Part shown: piece by piece, positions 60,378 through 64,000 of the stretch
Numbering within the stretch: position 1 is the stretch's first letter
Layout of the letters: the number at the start of each line of letters is the position of its first letter
IMG/VR virus record: IMGVR_UViG_2974729571_000001
Span: 29,788-93,787 of that record
Source of the DNA: a virus
Taxonomy: Duplodnaviria > Caudoviricetes
Length of the DNA: 64,000 nucleotides
Reading direction: 5' to 3' (one strand)
Notes under the pieces: model-generated
Database searches by the model: none
Told to the model about the DNA's origin: nothing
Seen by the model: only the letters and a program-made list of their open reading frames with translations
Translations under genes and position numbers: made by a program

Positions 60378-60462
60378 ATAGCTGACATTTTACGAAGAGG
60401 ATTTCCCTTACTTCAACCATTTGGTCAATGTTTCAACTTAGATTAGTCATCATCAGAGCTAT
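60378..60462 (-). ncRNA. Type I hammerhead ribozyme
   Basis: Minus strand AUAGCU-CUGAUGA-U-GACU(AAUCUA)AGUU-GAAA-CAUU[insert]AAUG-UC^AGCUAU. Full catalytic core, stems I-III and a GUC cleavage triplet. Confidence 0.75.
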
Positions 60463-60575
60463 CAAGAAAAGAAATAGTGCGATTCTCACGAACAGCACTA
60501 TTATAATTCCATAAAACCAATAAATACTATTCTCACGAATAATAGATATTACAATACGACAAATTTAATTTTAGT

Positions 60576-61148
60576 TTAACTAAAACAGATAAAACAAAAT
60601 TGGCAATTACTTATTATATATATCTTTGTATAATCTACACAATAAAAATCAGGACAATCTTTAAGAAACGATTCACATATTCTACGAGCTTCACCTTTAC
60701 TATTACCAGAGTAAAGAGTTTTAGCATTACCATTAAAAGACTTTCTTAGCTTATCATTCTTGTCTAGGAATACAAGATGATTTTCAGAACAATAGAATAC
60801 AGAATAAATCGGAGCTTTACTAGCTTCATATTTAGCAAGAAGTTTATCATAAGATTCTTTAGCACTGTCTCTCATATCACTAATATATTTGATATAAGAA
60901 AGCATAATACTATCCCATTGTTCAACAGCTTTAATCTTATCTTCAATAGAATACTTACCATCAAGAATATCTTCAAGAAGATTATTCAATCCTTTAACAT
61001 TAAGATTTTCTAAATCTTCAAGAATAGCTTTATTAAATTCTCCTTTAATAAAAGCCTTACGATAATCTTCTTTAATAGAATCAATAAGATTAACATCAGA
61101 ACCACTAGCTAAAGCACAAGCTAAAATAGCAGATATAATATCTTTCAT
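60576..61148 (-). CDS. Hypothetical protein
   Basis: 190-aa ORF whose 3' UTR contains the ribozyme cluster. Confidence 0.65.
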   Translation of the reverse strand: MKDIISAILACALASGSDVNLIDSIKEDYRKAFIKGEFNKAILEDLENLNVKGLNNLLEDILDGKYSIEDKIKAVEQWDSIMLSYIKYISDMRDSAKESYDKLLAKYEASKAPIYSVFYCSENHLVFLDKNDKLRKSFNGNAKTLYSGNSKGEARRICESFLKDCPDFYCVDYTKIYIISNCQFCFICFS

Positions 61149-61174
61149 TATAATAAATTTTTAAATTAGACAAT

Positions 61175-61228
61175 AAAAAACTCTACTAATATTACTCTAG
61201 TCTCACGACCTGAATAATCTTAATAGAG
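61175..61228 (-). terminator. Long imperfect terminator with GUGA loop
   Basis: Minus strand CUCUAUUAAGAUUAUUCAGGUC-GUGA-GACUAGAGUAAUAUUAGUAGAG followed by U6. Confidence 0.7.
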
Positions 61229-61287
61229 TGAACCGACATTTATTTAACCCTTTGTCAGATATTAATTAAATAGAGTACGTATCGGCA

Positions 61288-61674
61288 TTATACTAAACGT
61301 AAAATAATAACTGCAACAGCTCCTAAAGCAATAAGAGAAGCAATAACAAAACCAACAGTATTATACTGTCTTTTAGCTTTAAGCTCTTCATAGGCTTTAT
61401 TAGCTCTGTCTAATTCAATCTTGAGTTGTTCAACAGAATTACTAAGAGCTTTATTATTAGCTTCCAATTGATTCTTTGCAGAATTTAATTTAGAAGACAT
61501 ATTACGAAGTTCTTTATTTTCATGACAAACCCCTTTATACATAGTCTTATAACCATCAAGATTAGCATTAGACTTTTCATTAGATTTACGTAGACGAATA
61601 ACTTCTTTCTTTAATTCGTTAACTGTTGGACGTTTCTTACTAAGAACATCGACATCTTTCTTTAATTCGTTCAT
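61288..61674 (-). CDS. Coiled-coil protein with C-terminal membrane anchor
   Basis: Heptad pattern, then VGFVIASLIALGAVAVIILRLV. Confidence 0.7.
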   Translation of the reverse strand: MNELKKDVDVLSKKRPTVNELKKEVIRLRKSNEKSNANLDGYKTMYKGVCHENKELRNMSSKLNSAKNQLEANNKALSNSVEQLKIELDRANKAYEELKAKRQYNTVGFVIASLIALGAVAVIILRLV

Positions 61675-61690
61675 AACTATTAGTATTTAA

Positions 61691-61843
61691 TTAATCTTCA
61701 ATATGAGTTATATCTAAGTCAAGGTCTATATTATCCTCGCTTAGAGTATTTCCAGTATTCCAATTATTAGCCATTTCACAGTCGAGATAGTCTATATCAG
61801 CTACCAAACCACAAATAGGAAATTCTACACCTTCGTCATACAT
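61691..61843 (-). CDS. 50-aa highly acidic peptide
   Basis: MYDEGVEFPICGLVADIDYLDCEMANNWNTGNTLSEDNIDLDLDITHIED; no Lys or Arg. Confidence 0.55.
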   Translation of the reverse strand: MYDEGVEFPICGLVADIDYLDCEMANNWNTGNTLSEDNIDLDLDITHIED

Positions 61844-61915
61844 AATCTTAAATTTTGTAATACGGATGCAAGTATAGCAATAAATAATGGAAATACCAAA
61901 CAATAATGATAATAT

Positions 61916-62860
61916 TTAATGAGTATTGCTATTAGCTATATCATCTTTGAAGCTATCCATTATATCACAAACTGATATATTAGAACAATTCAATAGAGTA
62001 TTAATAGTATTAGCAGTACGTTGGTCTTTACAAGTAATATTAAAATTATCATAATTGAACTTACGAACAACATTAGGACTAGCTTTATGAATATAATAAA
62101 TATCCATATCAGAGACATTGAAGTCTACAATATCATTTTCATATTTATCTAATACGTCTTTAAGAGATATGTAATATCTACAATCACCAATAGCTCTAGC
62201 AGCACTAGCAGTATCTTTAAATCGAATAAAGAAACCGGAATCAATAGAATTACGAATAGTTAGCCATTCAAAATCTAGCTCGTATTCTTTATATGGTTGA
62301 ACATAAAGTCTCAAATCATAAAGAGCTTTTTTAAAAACTCTTAAAGCATGAGTTCTTTCAGCTAGTAGAGAAGTCTTTTCTTCTAATCGTTTATTGAGCT
62401 TATCAATATCTTCTTTAGAACGGCTTAATTGAGTATTGAGTTCCTCATTAACTTTAACAGTAGCATTAAGAGTATCTTCGATATTCTCTAACTTAATAAG
62501 ACTATTAGTTTTCTCTTCAATAATCTTATTTAATTGAGCAATACGTTCTCCACGAAGATTAAGTTCATTATTAAGACCATTAATTTGATTACGTAATTCA
62601 GTAATTCTATTATCACTATTAACAAGTTGATTTTCAAGAAATTTAACTCGTTCAGTTAACTCATCATTATTAGATTTAAGAGATTCAATCTCATCACAAT
62701 CTTTAATAGTATAAGTATTGCCTAAATCAGCAAGTTCAAAAATAGAACCAAGTGATTGAAAATCTAAATCAATAATACAACCACTTTCTTCAACAATAAC
62801 AACTCCATTAGTATGAGACACAAGAGTTAGATGCTTTTTATCATTTACAACAGCTTTCAT
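61916..62860 (-). CDS. Long coiled-coil protein
   Basis: 314 aa with a central heptad region of about 130 aa. Confidence 0.75.
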   Translation of the reverse strand: MKAVVNDKKHLTLVSHTNGVVIVEESGCIIDLDFQSLGSIFELADLGNTYTIKDCDEIESLKSNNDELTERVKFLENQLVNSDNRITELRNQINGLNNELNLRGERIAQLNKIIEEKTNSLIKLENIEDTLNATVKVNEELNTQLSRSKEDIDKLNKRLEEKTSLLAERTHALRVFKKALYDLRLYVQPYKEYELDFEWLTIRNSIDSGFFIRFKDTASAARAIGDCRYYISLKDVLDKYENDIVDFNVSDMDIYYIHKASPNVVRKFNYDNFNITCKDQRTANTINTLLNCSNISVCDIMDSFKDDIANSNTH

Positions 62861-62912
62861 AAATACATGTATTAATTATTAAGAATTTAATTTTAAAAGT
62901 AATGAATCTATA

Positions 62913-63098
62913 TCATAATAATATAGTATGATATAGTAAACGAATAAAGCTAATAACTATTATATAAGTTATTATAGTTTGAACTAAAGAACGGACGATA
63001 AAAACCTTCTTATAAGAAAGGTAATTAAACATCAAATACAACAAACATATAACTATTCCAATTAAAGATAGAAATATGTGGAATTGATAAGTAGTCAT
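62913..63098 (-). CDS. Small two-TM membrane protein
   Basis: 61 aa with two hydrophobic helices. Confidence 0.5.
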   Translation of the reverse strand: MTTYQFHIFLSLIGIVICLLYLMFNYLSYKKVFIVRSLVQTIITYIIVISFIRLLYHTILL

Positions 63099-63274
63099 AT
63101 ACTAGAAAGATTAGATATTGCAACACAGATAATAAGTATAGCCATAACAGCTATAATAGATATTATCATAGACAAAGTACTAGACCTCCTATCAATGAGA
63201 TAGTTATTCAGTAAGAGAGTAGTAATAACAAATAATAATACAGTTATTATAAAGAAATAAATATCGGTATTCAT
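63095..63274 (-). CDS. Small two-TM membrane protein
   Basis: Start MNTDIYFF at 63274; ATGA overlap with the next gene. Confidence 0.5.
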   Translation of the reverse strand: MNTDIYFFIITVLLFVITTLLLNNYLIDRRSSTLSMIISIIAVMAILIICVAISNLSSI

Positions 63275-63458
63275 AATGATATAAGTTAAATGGTAAATAA
63301 AAGGTGAAGATGTAACAACAATCACGCTCCTTTATGGGGGAGAAAAGCGAGCTTGCGAGCGGGACTAGACCAGCTAAGTAACAAACCAAATAGTAATCTA
63401 GATACTAATAGTAATACATATCTATACATATTTATACATATTACTATACTTATTCTAT

Positions 63459-63772
63459 TATTCAATCTATTGGTAATAATACTATCCAGTCTATTATATA
63501 GCCTTATATTCAATCTATTGGTATTCTCGTTATCAGGTGTTATATAGTATTAATATACTAGTGAACTATTCTGTAAGAATAGGAACTAGACCTCATACAA
63601 TACAACCAAGATATAATACTAATAGTATATAGTGAGATTGGCAATAGTAAGATTAGATTAAAACATAATAGTAATAGTAATAGTAATAACATGTGATAGT
63701 ACAATAGTATATAATATAGTAACATGTGATAGTAACAACAGCGATAGAGTATCGGAAATATAGTATCGGAAA
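63459..63772. repeat. Cluster of short direct repeats in an ORF-poor AT-rich region
   Basis: TATTCAATCTATTGGTA x2 (63459, 63507), TAACATGTGATAGTA x2 (63687, 63720), AGTATCGGAAA x2 (63748, 63762), (TAATAG)3. Confidence 0.75.
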
Positions 63773-64000
63773 CATAGCGATAATAGTACAATCGAATAAA
63801 TTTGATTTATACTCTATATGGATTTTGAATTAGCTTTAGGGTCAACATTAAGAGGTTTAGTTGAGTAAGTATGAGGAGTTGTATTGAGTTAAGGGAATGT
63901 AGTTTCGCTATCATCTCTATATCTTACTATTCATACTACTATTGATGCTATTGTTATTAGTAATAGTCTTCTTCCTACTGATGTTCATACTACTGATGTT

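Larger units (their letters stand above)
1657..63342. repeat. Dispersed 16-bp motif family YYYCYYTAYGGGGG(G)A, 24 copies
   Basis: G-run on + at 1694, 7437, 14804, 23484, 29519, 40178, 44380, 48520, 54580, 59185, 63327. G-run on - at 1657, 5751, 9573, 15745, 20448, 25797, 34588, 40142, 43237, 46628, 49663, 55378, 59901. Confidence 0.95.

Noticed and set aside
63204-63791. ORFs 63204-63389, 63322-63513, 63353-63547 and 63558-63791
   Set aside because: Low-complexity Leu/Tyr/Ile translations of repeat-rich DNA that overlap each other; no coding support.
1-64000. Stop-codon reassignment (TAG/TGA), known in some crAss-like lineages
   Set aside because: Giant genes (1805, 2019 and 4213 aa) and all replication genes are fully open in the standard code, and no suppressor tRNA was seen.

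Overview
AT-rich 64-kb segment of a crAss-like phage (order Crassvirales). Gene order plus a family-B DNA polymerase suggest the prototypical-crAssphage lineage; this is inference, not a database result. The + strand (1-39.6 kb) holds the late/virion module: the end of an LRR surface protein, a three-LamG-repeat tail protein, a decayed accessory cluster, holin-like genes, tail ring, HU/IHF-like, tail tubular and muzzle genes, a cargo protein, and three giant ejection proteins including a 4213-aa virion RNA polymerase (DFDID) and a 2019-aa zincin (HEXXH) protein. The - strand (40.3-63.3 kb) holds the replication/early module: dUTPase, DUF932, Gp157, ATP-dependent ligase, primase, SSB, RecT-like protein, degenerate SF2 helicase, PolB, Dda/RecD-like helicase and many small ORFs. 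Bacteroidota-type promoters (TTTG-N19-TAnnTTTG) and GNRA-loop terminators are clear. Notable non-gene structure: (1) 24 copies of a 16-bp motif YYYCYYTAYGGGGG(G)A, mostly inside genes, almost strictly alternating in orientation, six followed by stable mini-hairpins; (2) a type-I hammerhead ribozyme flanked by GUGA-loop hairpins at 60.2-60.6 kb; (3) a promoter-driven, ORF-less, extensively base-paired RNA candidate at the strand-convergence point; (4) a three-domain candidate anti-defence fusion protein; (5) apparent GATC avoidance.
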